A stretch of DNA of 64,000 nt, from the NCBI RefSeq assembly GCF_041146345.1, contig NW_027191404.1:992001-1056000 (forward strand). Reading direction: 5' to 3'. Shown in pieces: positions 48,666 through 61,070 of this stretch (the first letter of the stretch is position 1; each line of letters starts with the position of its first letter). The DNA comes from Neodothiora populina (lineage: Eukaryota). Made by a program: the position numbers and the translations under genes. The notes beneath the pieces were generated by a model. It was not told where the DNA came from. It worked only from the letters and a program-made list of their open reading frames with translations, and did no database searches.

Positions 48666-51600
48666 GACTGTGAAGAAGAAGGAGAAGGAGAAGATTGACA
48701 ACCGATCCTCTATGATGACGATGACGACCACGACCGTTCTTCGTCTGATGGGGTAAGTCATCATTGAATAGCAACAGCACTAGGGGTTTTGAGAACGGAA
48801 GGGGTGGATAACAGTTTATTTTCTCCTTCTTCGTTGTTGTCGTTGCGCTCTTTACATTCTTCTTGCGGTGTCACGCTACGGCGTGGTTCGTCTTTTATTT
48901 CTTCTTCTTCCTTTTCTTCTTCTTGTCTTTTATAGCATCTTTACTTAAAGGGAGGGAAGGGGGTGTTGACTATCGAGTATTGATATGTCGGGTCTATGAC
49001 CAACTACCACTAAATACTCGCGCACAGAAACAGTGGGGAATTGTCCTATAGGACCAAGATCGTTGAGTGCAACGGCCCTGTCTACTGTTCGTCCAGAGGA
49101 CCAATCTCATGCTTATCATGTTATCATAAGCAATCATCACTCGGTCTCTTTTCCCTTCCTCCAGTTTTCCCACACAGGAGAACATCACCGACTCAAACCT
49201 CCTTAATTCCGATTCTTGTAATTGATACTACCGGAGTAGAAACCACTAAACACCAAGAACAAAGACCACAAGCACGAGACGAGCAAGGAAGAGTGACGAA
49301 GAAGAGCAAAGATGGACAGGCGAGGTATATAACGCGCGTCTAGGATATACATACAATGTCGTTCCGAAGCATCCGCCAGCAGGACTGGGTGACCCTCCCT
49401 CTCACTCTCTTTGTCTCCCATAGCCGAACAAGAAGGGAAAGCAAAACAGTAATGGACGACCGCCTTTCCCCTTCCCCCTTTTCGTTCTCCATCTCCTTCT
49501 CAACTTCTCGATCCGTGGCCCCCAATACTAGCTAGGTGCCTAGCACCGGAGACGGAGAAATCCTCCGCAGTCCAGCGCAAGACTTATCTGTCAGGGGTTC
49601 CTTTTCCCATGGTAAACCTCAAGAATACTCACACGACCGCATTCTCATAACCATCTTCCCCCGTGTCTGAAACCCATGTCCCTCGATTTCAAGCCTCCTA
49701 CTTAATCAATACCTTGCTGCTCGATGTAACATAACACTTACATATCCGACGATATCCACTCTCCATGATTCTCGACATTGACTTCTGCGCGGATATTCCT
49801 CTCTTCTGTTCCCAAGCTCCAATTCAAGCCAGGCTATACTCGATCAATAGGAAGTAGTGATGACCGACAATTGATGTCAGGCGTTTGTGCACTCCCTGGT
49901 ATCTAACGCAAGACATCTGCCCGTTCAAGTCGTGAGTCACTTTTCAGTCGCCACAGGGGTGCTGTAAAAGTTGCAGGAGTTACAGCGTCACTAGCAGCAC
50001 AATCAATCAATCGCTCATCGCCACCAATGACTAGTGAGTAGAGAAAGTAAGATGAGAACACTATAAATCCCCATTTCGTGCATGATAGAAAGTGAAAAAA
50101 AAGGATTGACTAGTCGACAGACCCAACCTACCGGAAAGAAAACAGCAGTAGTAGCAACACCAACAGCAGCAGCAGCCCGTCGGAAGACTTGATACCGAAC
50201 AGTAGTCCTTGCAGCCATCATGCAGCTAGAGAGGCAAACGCGGCTCACCAGATCCATAAGTGTCTAGAGTGCAGTCCAATTTTCAGCCTCTATTGGTTTT
50301 CTCGTAAACTCAGTATCTCTTGGGTACTTTGCTACCCGCGGCCTGCTGCTATTGCTGTTGCAACGATGGCTTTTCGAGGAGAAGTGCTAGCAAGAAAGGA
50401 CCAGTTAAAAAATGCCGGAGAACCCCTCCGTCGGGTTCCTGGTGCCACTAATCACCCCAAGTATAAGGGTGACAAGTCAAGATAGGCATTGAAACAATAG
50501 TGACCCGTTAACATCGCCAGGAACGGAAAAGGTCAAAAAGAACACCAGGAAATATGCTTCAATGGTTCATCAAAGGGATGAACCGCGTCAGCTTTCGTGC
50601 CTGCCGAAATAGTGCTCATCAGGGTCTTAGTCTCTAGCATACGAAGGCACAAAAAGTCGTTGATAGACTCCACTTGGGTTTAGTTGAATCCAATGGGCTG
50701 TGCGTTGGTCGGGCGGTCTTGTGTCCTGGGCTGACTCTAAAGGTAATCCTTCGCTTCGCATTGGATGGACGTCGCAGAGTGAGCATAAGTCCTCGGGCCA
50801 CTTGACAATCCCTCATTTGGCTATCGATAAGGGGACCCCTCAAGACGACGTACCTGCCTGGTAAGCGGATCCTTTACGCAAGCACTGCTATGCAAGTGCG
50901 TGTCGCAATGCGTATCAAGCTTAACTCCTTGCATTTGGGGTGGAGGTATCATGTGATGGCAAGGAGCCCGATATTGGGGGTGTGGGACTATCAATTTTAG
51001 TATACGAGGGAGTAAAACTCTACGCAACAGTACAGTACCTTGACATTGTGAAGCTGCGGTAGACTTCGCAGAGGGAACTGGAAGTTTTCTCCGAGAGCGG
51101 TGAGCAGCCAACTGTACGACTACAAGGCAAATTCACCGGATGAAGCGCTGTCCTATGATTCACGTCTATGCATATCATCTCACCTCGTATACAAGCTGTT
51201 CGTGGCATTCGTTCGTAAAAGGCCAGGGGATAATGCAAGCATGTGGTCATGACCGTGGATGCCCACTAGAGCCGCCACATTTTGTCGACTATTGTTCGAG
51301 ATTACCGCCTGTACATTGGGTTGAGTCATGCCATGACTACAATCACAAGCGTATCCAGTGAGATGGAACACGACTCGTCCTAGAGGCGATAAATGATCTC
51401 TATTCCCACATCATCTCACGCCTCTGACGGAGCACTTATGAGATATGGCAGAAGGTAGCCCGAACAGGATGGAGCAACACTAACATATGACGGAATCGAC
51501 GCCGATCGCTAACGACTCAGAAAGGCTACGACAGCCGAGAGAGAGCCTCCTACGAGGTTGCGACTATCAGGGTTCGACCTCTCGTGGCTGCACGTGGCTG

Positions 51601-54600
51601 ATCTCATATGAGCGACATGTACCTGTTAGCTATCAATGAAAGTTCCACCGCCGCCGGTCGCTTGTGTGCGATTCGCCAAAGACATCTTTTGATAGAGGCA
51701 GAGACCCAGTCGTACACGTTTTTACATCGTTCTGTCACGTTGTCGGCTGCGTCAGAGTACATGCAATGCGTAAGGTAAGGTAGGTTTTTCCATTGCTCTG
51801 TGCTTTCTTCACGACAAGTCCCAGTCATCTCACTGCGGAGCCCATCGGTTATTCGGCGACATTGGGTTCGCAGAAAGGGAGACTACTGGATCGCAACTCG
51901 AAAAGCGAATGACCTGATCACGATTCGATCGAACTTTTTCTATTATGAAGCAGAACAATTCCACAAATGCGCAACGTTGCTGGCCAAGACCGGCATCGCG
52001 GAATGCGAAACCAGGTAGCAGGTAGACGGTTATTGTGGTTGCAGCGCACAATTCAACCAGATTAGATAGCCGAACACATATCATCTCCGCCACAACCGCA
52101 GACCAACCTTGGTAGCTTGTGCGGGCACAATCCCCAAGAGAGGTGGGTGAACAGCGTAAATGGGCCGGAATTAGCCGGCCGACAATGCTCGACTGGGAAG
52201 CTCGGAAAATAGGCACAACATCAAGAAATAACTTGACCAAAAAAGGTGGGCTGCAAGCGAACCTAGCATAGGAGTACATAATTCTATCAAATTAGCTTCC
52301 GAACCATGTTGAAATGAGTGGGATGAAAAGCGTTGTCTGCTGCTCCGAAAGGTCTAGCCGGGTCGGCGGTTGTGTTTCAAGTTGATCGACGGATAGATTT
52401 ACAGAAGAGGAAGCCTGTAGTGTACGGTGGATTTGCCCCTAGAGCAGTCGTTTGTACACGATGTAGATGTACGTACGAGTCTTGCCCAATCATGGGATAT
52501 GTACCGAGATGTTCAGACCGCCACGCTCATGTGTTGGTATCCTTGCTGCACATGACAACCACGTTGGATCGCAGGGATGAGCCGACCGGCACGCGAGCGA
52601 CGGCAGGTGTCGATCACTGCTCAGATTGTAGCCGCATCTCAGACAGGCAGTTTTGACTCGGCCAGGGAAGCCTCGGAGTCCAGGCGTGGCCGAAGCCGAT
52701 CGATGGAAGGCACCAATTCCGGATGGGACAATTCATGGTTCAAAGGCGACATGGACTTCCACAGCCGTCGAGTCGGGGATTACAAACGGCAAGCCTTGCC
52801 GGGCGAATAGCTGTCACAAGTGCACTGCTCAGTTGAACGACAGTAACGGTCGCTTACACATACGCAGACTCGTCGAAGCTTGTTTGACCCGTTCGCGTAT
52901 GCAAGCAATACGGAATGTCTAGGACGGACACTTTCGCAATATTGGGAAGGTCGCCGAGAACCCGTATGGGCACGCGCAAGAAACGCAAAACGGATGCCAG
53001 CTCTGCCTAAACAGTTGGATGAAGGAGGCCCTTCCAGACGCTCTAGGGAATCTTATTACCATCCCCGTGGAGAGGCTCTTGTATCTGAGACACACAAGCC
53101 ACATCACGAGCTGCGGGCATGCTTCGGTGGTGATGAGCAAGGGAGACTAAACGCATTGAGGACAAGGTCATTAATCAACATGCGCAAGCGATAATCAAAG
53201 CATGCCCATAGTCAGCGGCGATCCCAAGCATGACAGAGAATAGAGTTGTGGATCGAGAAGCAAAAGATCAGCAGCGCGTGCGACCTTTCGGGGTGATGGG
53301 CGTGTCGAAACAATTAATGTTTCCACGATGCGGCGAATGACATTGGCACGGTCAGACCTTTCCCCACAATAAGGCAAGCCTTGCACTCTCATTTCGCGTG
53401 CCACCCCATTTCGGTGTAAGCTGCAATCCCGTCCATTTCATCTCATTTTGGACCGCTCCGAAACCAGCATAGTTGCGCGACTGTGCAATGTAGCGCATGC
53501 AGGTGGCAATGATCGCGGTGAGGACGCACGAAGCCATGGCGCACCCGTCTGGTTCCAGGCGGCAACGCTCGTCGTGCTCTAGCTGTCAAAGGTCAGTGTG
53601 TCCTTGGACCAGCCACAACCCTTTTACGAGATGCTTTGCTTGCTACCACCATGTACTGTACCTTATTTTTTTTTTGATTATCACATCCACTTCTTAGACA
53701 ACTGGCCGTTGTGTTTCACCAATGAACGGTACTATCAGTGTTTTGGAACATAGCCGAGATATTGCGCTGCTTTGTTGATCGTGCCGCGAGTCCCAGGCTC
53801 CATTTCCCGCCCGCCTCTTTTCGTATATGGGATGTGTTATTAAGTGGGAGAGCCGCGCAACCCTGGGCATTCATCAGGCACTATTACTCGTCATCTTACC
53901 AAACAGGCAAACAAGCCGGTCTTGCGCGGGCCTCATTGCTCCTTGAAACCGAGTTAAGGCAAGGTCGCAGTCCCGTTCTAGCCCTGTCCATTCGCAAGTT
54001 GAAGTGCTTCTGGGTTTGTATCTGGACGCTTTAGGCCAATCCTCGGCTCGACCTCTGGAGGGAGCAGTCGTGCAGTCGCTCGAAAACCATACACCCACCT
54101 TCTCACGACCAGGTGCCCTCACTTGCCCCCCGGCCAGACTTTCCCTGGTTCTCAGGCGCAGCAAGTCAACGGGTCTTAGGCCGGTGGCTTTCAACGGGTA
54201 TCCAGCAGCTTGAGGCGAGCGAATCGGCGGGGCGATACGTAGCTGATCGGCACCCTTGGCTGCAGCTACACCAGAGAGCATTCGACCAATTCGGAGCCCG
54301 TCGACTGTGACCTCACTGCATGACGGATCGTCGTTGCTCCAAAAGTGTATGTTACGCCAAAAACTTCTTCTCTCTACCACCTTCTCCCCTCTTTGAATGA
54401 TGAGTGTGTGCTTCCTTGATCCTTGATTGCTCTTTAATTCTTCTCTTCTTTGGTTAAACCACTCCTTTTCCCGTCCTGGTCACTCCGCTTTGTATATACC
54501 AGACCTAGCTAGTCCTTCACGGGATGACCTCTGTTGTCCGGACATATACTTCGTCCTGAGGAAAAACATACACTTTGCTCTCACTCGCTCATTCGCTTCC

Positions 54601-54661
54601 TTATTCTGCCTTTCTCTTCCCCCTCCCTCACCAGGCCCACCGCGTCGAGTACAGGCACAAC

Positions 54662-55402
54662 ATGCTGCTCACACTCCCTCAGCCCTCACATACGGATTTC
54701 GGCACGCGACTTACACATGATTTCAAGTCTCCACTAGCATCTTCACGATTCTCTCCGAGGAACATGAACGACCCAGTACGAATCAGCAACACACTGCCGG
54801 CCAGTATTACACCCACCATGTCGACACATCACCGAGGCTTGCCTCCACCAGCCGGCATGACCCTGCAGGACCCAGGACGACCCCAACCACCCCCGCCTCC
54901 TCCACCACCTCCACCGCCCCAGATACCACCCAGTCTCAGTCATCCTTTGGCTCCACTGCCGGAAGCACCTCGGTATCAGACCAGCGGGGATCAGGATCCC
55001 GCTCGCAACTGGCTTGCCACGAAGGCGGAGGAAGAGAAGCGGAAGCAGGAGGAGGAACGCACTCGACAGCAGAGCTTGAAGCTCGAACAGCGACGCGTCG
55101 AACATGCCATGCTGCAGGACTCACTGCATGGCCAGGTCCCTCCGCATATGGTGCCCATGATCTTTGCAGGAATTGGGGGTGCGAATCTAGCCAACTTTAG
55201 CCTGGAAGTGATACAGCAGTGGCAGCAACAGATGCTCGCGACACAACAGCAATTGCAGCAGCAACACCAACACCCACCGCAACAATCACACGAATATTCC
55301 CCAGAGCTTAGGCGAGAAACTCGTACCATCCACCAAGGTCCCGGCTCATATGCACAACAACAATCGGCGGCTGGCATTCCGCCACCCCCTTCGATGTCCA
55401 TG

Positions 55403-55434
<32 letters not shown>

Positions 55435-56144
55435 GCAGCATCATCAACCCCCGCCACCTCAGTCTGCAGGCGGACACCAGACCACTTTTTCATTATATCA
55501 ACCTCAAAAACAACCTTCGCCTCCTCGCATGGGTCCCCATGGATCTCGCGCAGCAGCCCACAGTGCTCTGCCCCGTTTGACCACCGGCGACATGCAGATA
55601 CAGCAACCTCCGACCGCGCCTAGCAGTGCCCACCCGCTCCATCAGACACAAACGATTCGTGAGCAAGAACAACCGACTTCGTCCCCGTCAATCTACTTTC
55701 ATCACTGGGTACCTCCCACTACACAAGCCGATAAAGGCGCTGCCCCGCAAACACCAGTCACGGGCACGGGTGCAGCACACCTCTCGGAAGGCGATCAAAG
55801 TCAGTCACCACGTAAGAGGAAACATCAGGGTGCACACCAAGCTGCGCCAGCCCCTTCGGGCCCGGCTCAGACTTCGCCTGCCTTCTCTGTTCACTCATCC
55901 TCTGGGAAGAAACAGCACATAGGAACGTCACATGGCCGAAGTACAAGTAAGTCAAGTAGAGACGGCGACGGCAACCTCATACGTGGGACACCGAATCGAC
56001 GCGACAGCGGAGCTCCACAACACGGTACGCAGGTGGATTTTGTCGTCAACGTTGCTGGCGGACCGCCGCCTCCCGATCAGAGACAACAACAATCTTCCCG
56101 GCAGAGCATGGGTGCCCGCAGTGGTTCATCAGCTCATCTTTCCC

Positions 56145-56184
<40 letters not shown>

Positions 56185-56266
56185 GCAGCAGCAGCAGCAG
56201 CAACATCATCATCAACAACAACATCACTCTACGGCCCCAAGTAGCCCCAAGCGAGAGTACCGATGA
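54662..56266 (+). CDS. Q/P-rich low-complexity conserved fungal protein (Bop3-like, tentative)
   Basis: First ATG at 54662 follows a pyrimidine-rich tract; conserved-looking islands WLATKAEEEKRKQEEERTRQQSLKLEQRR...VPPHMVPMIFAGIGG and SIYFHHWVPP; poly-Q/P tracts elsewhere. Confidence 0.7.
56143..56222 (+). repeat. Coding (CAA)n(CAG)n poly-Q/H microsatellite
   Basis: Read directly; encodes the long C-terminal poly-Q tract of the Bop3-like protein. Confidence 0.9.
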
Positions 56267-59234
56267 TTTACAGCTCAATTCGCATAGCGAACACTTCACT
56301 TATTGGGACCGGTTTTCTTCATTTCGATTCTACTTCACTTCTTTCAACATTCACCGATTGGGAATGACCAGGAACAATACCCCCTTTGGTTTGGATGGCT
56401 TTTTCTATGCTTTGGTGTCATGCGCGTCTAGCCACGCGAGGCGTGCCGCGTTTTCTCGAGTAATGGCATGCGGCAGCATTCTTTCTCGAAAAGCACGACA
56501 GATTTTTCTCCTTCTATTTCAATCTGCCGCACAGACTGCGTCTCGTAATGTCTTCTGGAAGACTGCTCTTCTCCGGGTCAAAATACCCGACAATGACATC
56601 TTCGGGACTGCTTCGAAGCAGTCTTCGTCATATGTCGTTGCTCCTCACCGCTTTTGCATCTTCGCCACTAGCCTGCATATTCAGCAGCCGGATGGTATGA
56701 GAAGCATTGGCAATATTTGCTACAGTGGAGTCTGCCTCCGTTTTCTCGTTGAGCAGGAAATGGATTACTCATTCTGGACTCCTTTTTACTGCCACGAACC
56801 TGGACGGTGTGTTCTGTGGGATACGACAATGTGCTGGGTTCACCCGGTCGTTCTATCTGAGCTGAGCTCTACCCTCTTCACATCTTGAGATCATTTATAA
56901 TCTCAAGGGGACGCAGGACGGCGCAGATTATATACATTTTCCCTATGTTCATTTTTCTTTCATTTGTATACATCTCGTCCGTCATCGCCTGTCTGCATCT
57001 GGCATACCAGCAGCTGGAGATTGATGTGACAGCTATTGAAAACTACCAGCTGACTAAAAAGTGCCTCCGCCCTTGTGCCTACCTATTGTTCCATGTGATG
57101 CAATCTCTTCTCCGTGCGCATCGTATTGATTGCAAACACCTTGGCTAAATTGGGCGTCATCTCCCAAGCGCAGGGCATTAATTAGTCTTGCTGCACGGAA
57201 TCTTAGGCCATGTGAAGAAGTACGGGGACCTGATGCCAGTTTAGTGTTTTGCCCAAATGCTATACTTTTGCCGGCTCGCGCGGTATAGGACCTGTCACGC
57301 GTTTCAGCCTTGCGAGGTAGGCGAATACGAAAACGTAGGGCAAAGTAGACGAGATGGGGATTCCTTTCCGTTCAAAGTCTCTTTGTTCCTATGTTGTCTA
57401 CTTCTTCTCTGCTTGTGTCCTCCACCCTGCCACTTTCGCCTGTCCCTACTTCTCCTAGAATCGTTCGTGGGTCAGGCTGACATACCTAGGCTGGCGTTCA
57501 GATCTCCGGATGAATTTGGCTTTTTCAGTTTCGCCACGACGTTGCATCGGCTTTCCTTCCTTCGGCGTGGCTTGCAGGGTTTCCAACACGCCGCCGCTCA
57601 GATCCAGCGCGAGAGGCAAGGGGCAGAAACGGACTTTGAGACTCGATTAAGATTTTAACCGCATTTACGCTTGTGGTAGGCTTGTCTTTTTGCTGCTCAT
57701 GACGCCCGTCACTCTTGGCTCGACGCGTCAGATGATTATTATTGATGGGTCATTCTGCAAACGAGTTCAAAGCGCTCCGCGTAGAGTAATTAATGCTCAT
57801 CCTCTTCGATGTATGTGGCTGGCTGGCTGGCTAGTGCGAATTGGGCTGGCTGGACTACGAAGCCCGATGGGCCTCATCCTATTGCGCGTCACAAGACTTG
57901 AACTTGACGGTTCAACTCCCATGAGATGTACTACTTGTACATGCTTCCCAGTACAAACACAGCATGCGAGAGCGAGCACCTTAATCAGTAACTCGTCCGG
58001 GAATACCAGCCCCACGATCTACATCTGATTTGCGGCGCAGAGCTACAATTTGAGCTTCCATTTATTCCTAGATTCTCGCAACGCAAAAGTGAACCTAAGT
58101 ACGTTTCATCTTCTCTTGGGCGTATGTAGTCGTCTCTCATTCGCTGTGCCGTTGGATCGAGATTCTGGATTCGACGTTCGAAGCTTTGAGTACAAGTGAA
58201 CTCTTCACGCGTGATCATGCAGCTGCAATTGTAGATCTCTCCATGCCACGAGGCGCATAAGGTAAATTTGGTAGGCAAGATGAAGCTGCGTTGTATTCGC
58301 CCTAGATAAGAAAGATACAAGGCGATCGAGGGGCTGTGCAGAGCTTTCGCATCCTGCATTCGGAGACCGGGCGTGATAAGGAAAGTGCAGACCGTACCAG
58401 TATAGAAGCTTACACTCCAAGCGGACTCGCGCTTCTCTTTGTGTAATTCTTCGAAGAGCTTACGAAGACGCAGTTCGCAGGCTTTGTATCCGCTGCTTAG
58501 ATAGATCTTACATGGACACATGTGTTGCGCTGATGTTAGACTCGACTAGCACTGGCTGAGCAGACGTGTCGTGCCATTGATATGGTGCAATATCCACTGC
58601 AAGATGAGTAGCGAGGTAGCTACTGGGTTTTTTTTTTGGCTATGTGTTTCTTGTTGCTGCGACACAACTGACCATGATTATGATCTCATTGGCTAGTCAA
58701 AAAGCACCTTGGTGGTGGCCATGCATGTTTGCCATGTTTGCTTTGTCGTTGGGGTAAAGCCATCCACAGCTCCCCGCAGGCTCAACTTTCCGACCTGCAG
58801 GATTAACCAGACACCCTGTGAATGCAAACGTGGGACTTGTCTCGGAGCGACATGCGAACAAATCCCTGCCAAACTACGTAGGTGGAGCGCGACACATGCT
58901 CGGTTGCAAGCTGGAACACTATCAGAGACATTATGTAGAAATTGCGCTCGATAGCGTCAGCAGCACGTCTCACTCCGTAACAGCTCCATCTCTGTTATCA
59001 TCCTTCGGTGGAACAGACAGACGTTGATGTTCCAACATGCGTAAGCGAGATTTTGCAGATAGGCAACCGGCATCTGAACGAAGGAGTTTCTGCACTATTC
59101 TCTACTCCATAAACCATTTCGGCTGTTACCTCCTGATGGCTGTGTCTTTTGTTCTGCATGAAAGACCGACTCCATCGTGCCCATGCATACCTGATATGAG
59201 TGTGGTGAGCACCTCTCGCTTTTTCTACTTTCAA

Positions 59235-60318
59235 TCACTCCGTAGGTAATGGGCCTAAAGCTGTCGGTGGTTGGGGCCAAATCTGTACTCCGCCGCAAGA
59301 CCCAAAGTATTTACAGGCGCAGAGTCGTGGAGCCGGGCAACTGCCTGAAATCAGTTGCGTACCATATATCAGAGTCAAGGAAAAGAACCTACTGTACAGG
59401 CTCACCAGTCATTAGATACGCCCACAATTTCTCTAGGACTCTTTCGCTGACCTCGTCGCTGAGCTTGGTGTCGAGCAGCCACTGTCTGAGACGGGTGTAG
59501 TCTTCTTTCGAGTTCCGCATCATGGCCTTCCTGGTGACGGCAAATTGTGCGCAGCATGGCGAACCAAAAGTGCGAGGTATTTCGACACCGGAAAATAGAT
59601 CTGGCCATGCTTGCGCGATCGCATCTTCGGTTTCCCGCACGTGAACGCCAGAACCCCAGAGCACAGCGTCGTGGTCCAGTGGTCGAAGTTCAGCAGGACA
59701 GCTCGGACTCCAGCTGCAGCGCAACGAGACATATCCAGCCTCCTCGAGCGCGTCGATTCGGAGATCGCGAATCAACACCCTCATGTCAGATCGCTGGTGC
59801 CACGATCTTGGATGCCCGTGGATGAAAACGGCATATGGTGGAAGCTGTCGTAATTGTCAATCAGATAGCTGAGATAGACCATTGCCTCACGGCCCTTGTT
59901 ACGGGGTATCTTCAGGTGTGGCTCTGCCTTTTTCGCAGTGACTACATATGGGAACAATTCGTGCCTGGTGGTATCATCTCAGCTTTACTCCTTCTCTAGG
60001 GCAACTGCTGGTTATTACGTCTGGGCGAATTCGTTCATCCACACCACATCTTGATGCTTCATCGCAGAGGCGACAATGGCTGGGACACGATTTGGTATGG
60101 GCGCTGCAGTTGCGTCGATATTTGCTACTGTTCCTGGCGCGGTTTGCATCCCTGCTGTCGTCGAAGCCAAGTCATCCCCAAGATCTCCAACAGATAGTAA
60201 GGTAATAGGCCTGCTTAATTTGAGCAGAAGCAATACTGTAGCGAGGCAGAAGAAAACGAGAATGAAAGCTTCTACGGCCTTGGTTGACAAAGCCAACGAA
60301 ACGTAGACCTAGCTCCAT
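59235..60318 (-). pseudogene. DUF3431-family type II membrane protein gene with frameshift(s); introns 59965-60018 and 59341-59392
   Basis: Motifs PRNKGREAMVYLSYLIDNYDS / (frame change near 59844) PPYAVFIHGHPRSWHQ, GYVSLRCSWSPSCP, PCCAQFAVTR, YTRLRQWLLDTKLSDEVSERVLEKLWAYL, HCP...CACKYFGSC. The start is uncertain: the ATG at 60318 needs a second frameshift near 60266 to reach the TM segment. Confidence 0.75.
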
Positions 60319-61070
60319 AGCACATAGAAGCTCCCACGCACAAGCAGTAAAAAAAACAAGAGAATAGCGTAAACAGCACAAACGAGTCCTGAAGAAGTAA
60401 AGACTCAAGAGCTCCAACCTACTTCTAGAAACCTACGGATGATGACTCCGGTACTACAAGAAAACAAAGATAATGACAACTGTTTCAGAGCAGTCGCAAG
60501 TGATATCACAAAGACCACTATAGCAGAGCCACAAGTTGACCCGATGCGCGTCAACCCAGGCAAAAGCAACCATGCATGCATTGGTCCGCCAGCCGAACGG
60601 ACACGAGAGACACGAGAACGACATTGCCAAGCTGACCTTTGCATTAAAGTGAGCAGAGCGGTGTGCAAGGCCAGGCGAAACAGTGGTCGTGTCTACAAGA
60701 GATGATCTACTGTTCATTTCTACATACGGCAGGGAATGTTTCCCTTTTCCCTCCACGCGGAGGATGAAAGTGCGGGTGAGAGCTCTTCTGCGGGACCAAG
60801 AACCCCAGGACGTTCTAGTATTATAGTACTTTCGCGAAAGCACAAATTATTGTGCATGAGTCGAGTAGTCAGTTTTCAGATGTGTATATGGGATGGACTA
60901 GCACTGTTATGAAGCGAACCCCTGTCCATACAGCCACCAGTGTTCCTTAAGATTTGTGTGGTCAAAACTAGATACCGTGCACATATTCTCCAATCTTAAA
61001 TCGAAATTCGAAGCCAAGACCACTTCGGGCAACCTGTACACTTTCAATGCGAGGACTATACAGAAAACTA

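Noticed and set aside
51532..51602. Approx. 70-nt segment with a pairing outer stem (CAGCCGAGAG / CTCTCGTGGCTG), an inner hairpin and GGTTCGA, superficially tRNA-like
   Set aside because: The T-stem does not pair around TTCGA, and there is no D-loop GG or proper anticodon arm; not supportable as a tRNA without a covariance-model scan.
55932..56888. 318-aa overlapping ORF with a poly-N tract
   Set aside because: Alternative frame of the CAA repeat of the Q-rich gene running into its 3' UTR; no protein-like features.
57985..58521. 178-aa ATG ORF on the minus strand
   Set aside because: No recognisable motif, and the Cys/Arg/Ser-rich composition is typical of non-coding frames; could be an orphan or relic but cannot be supported.
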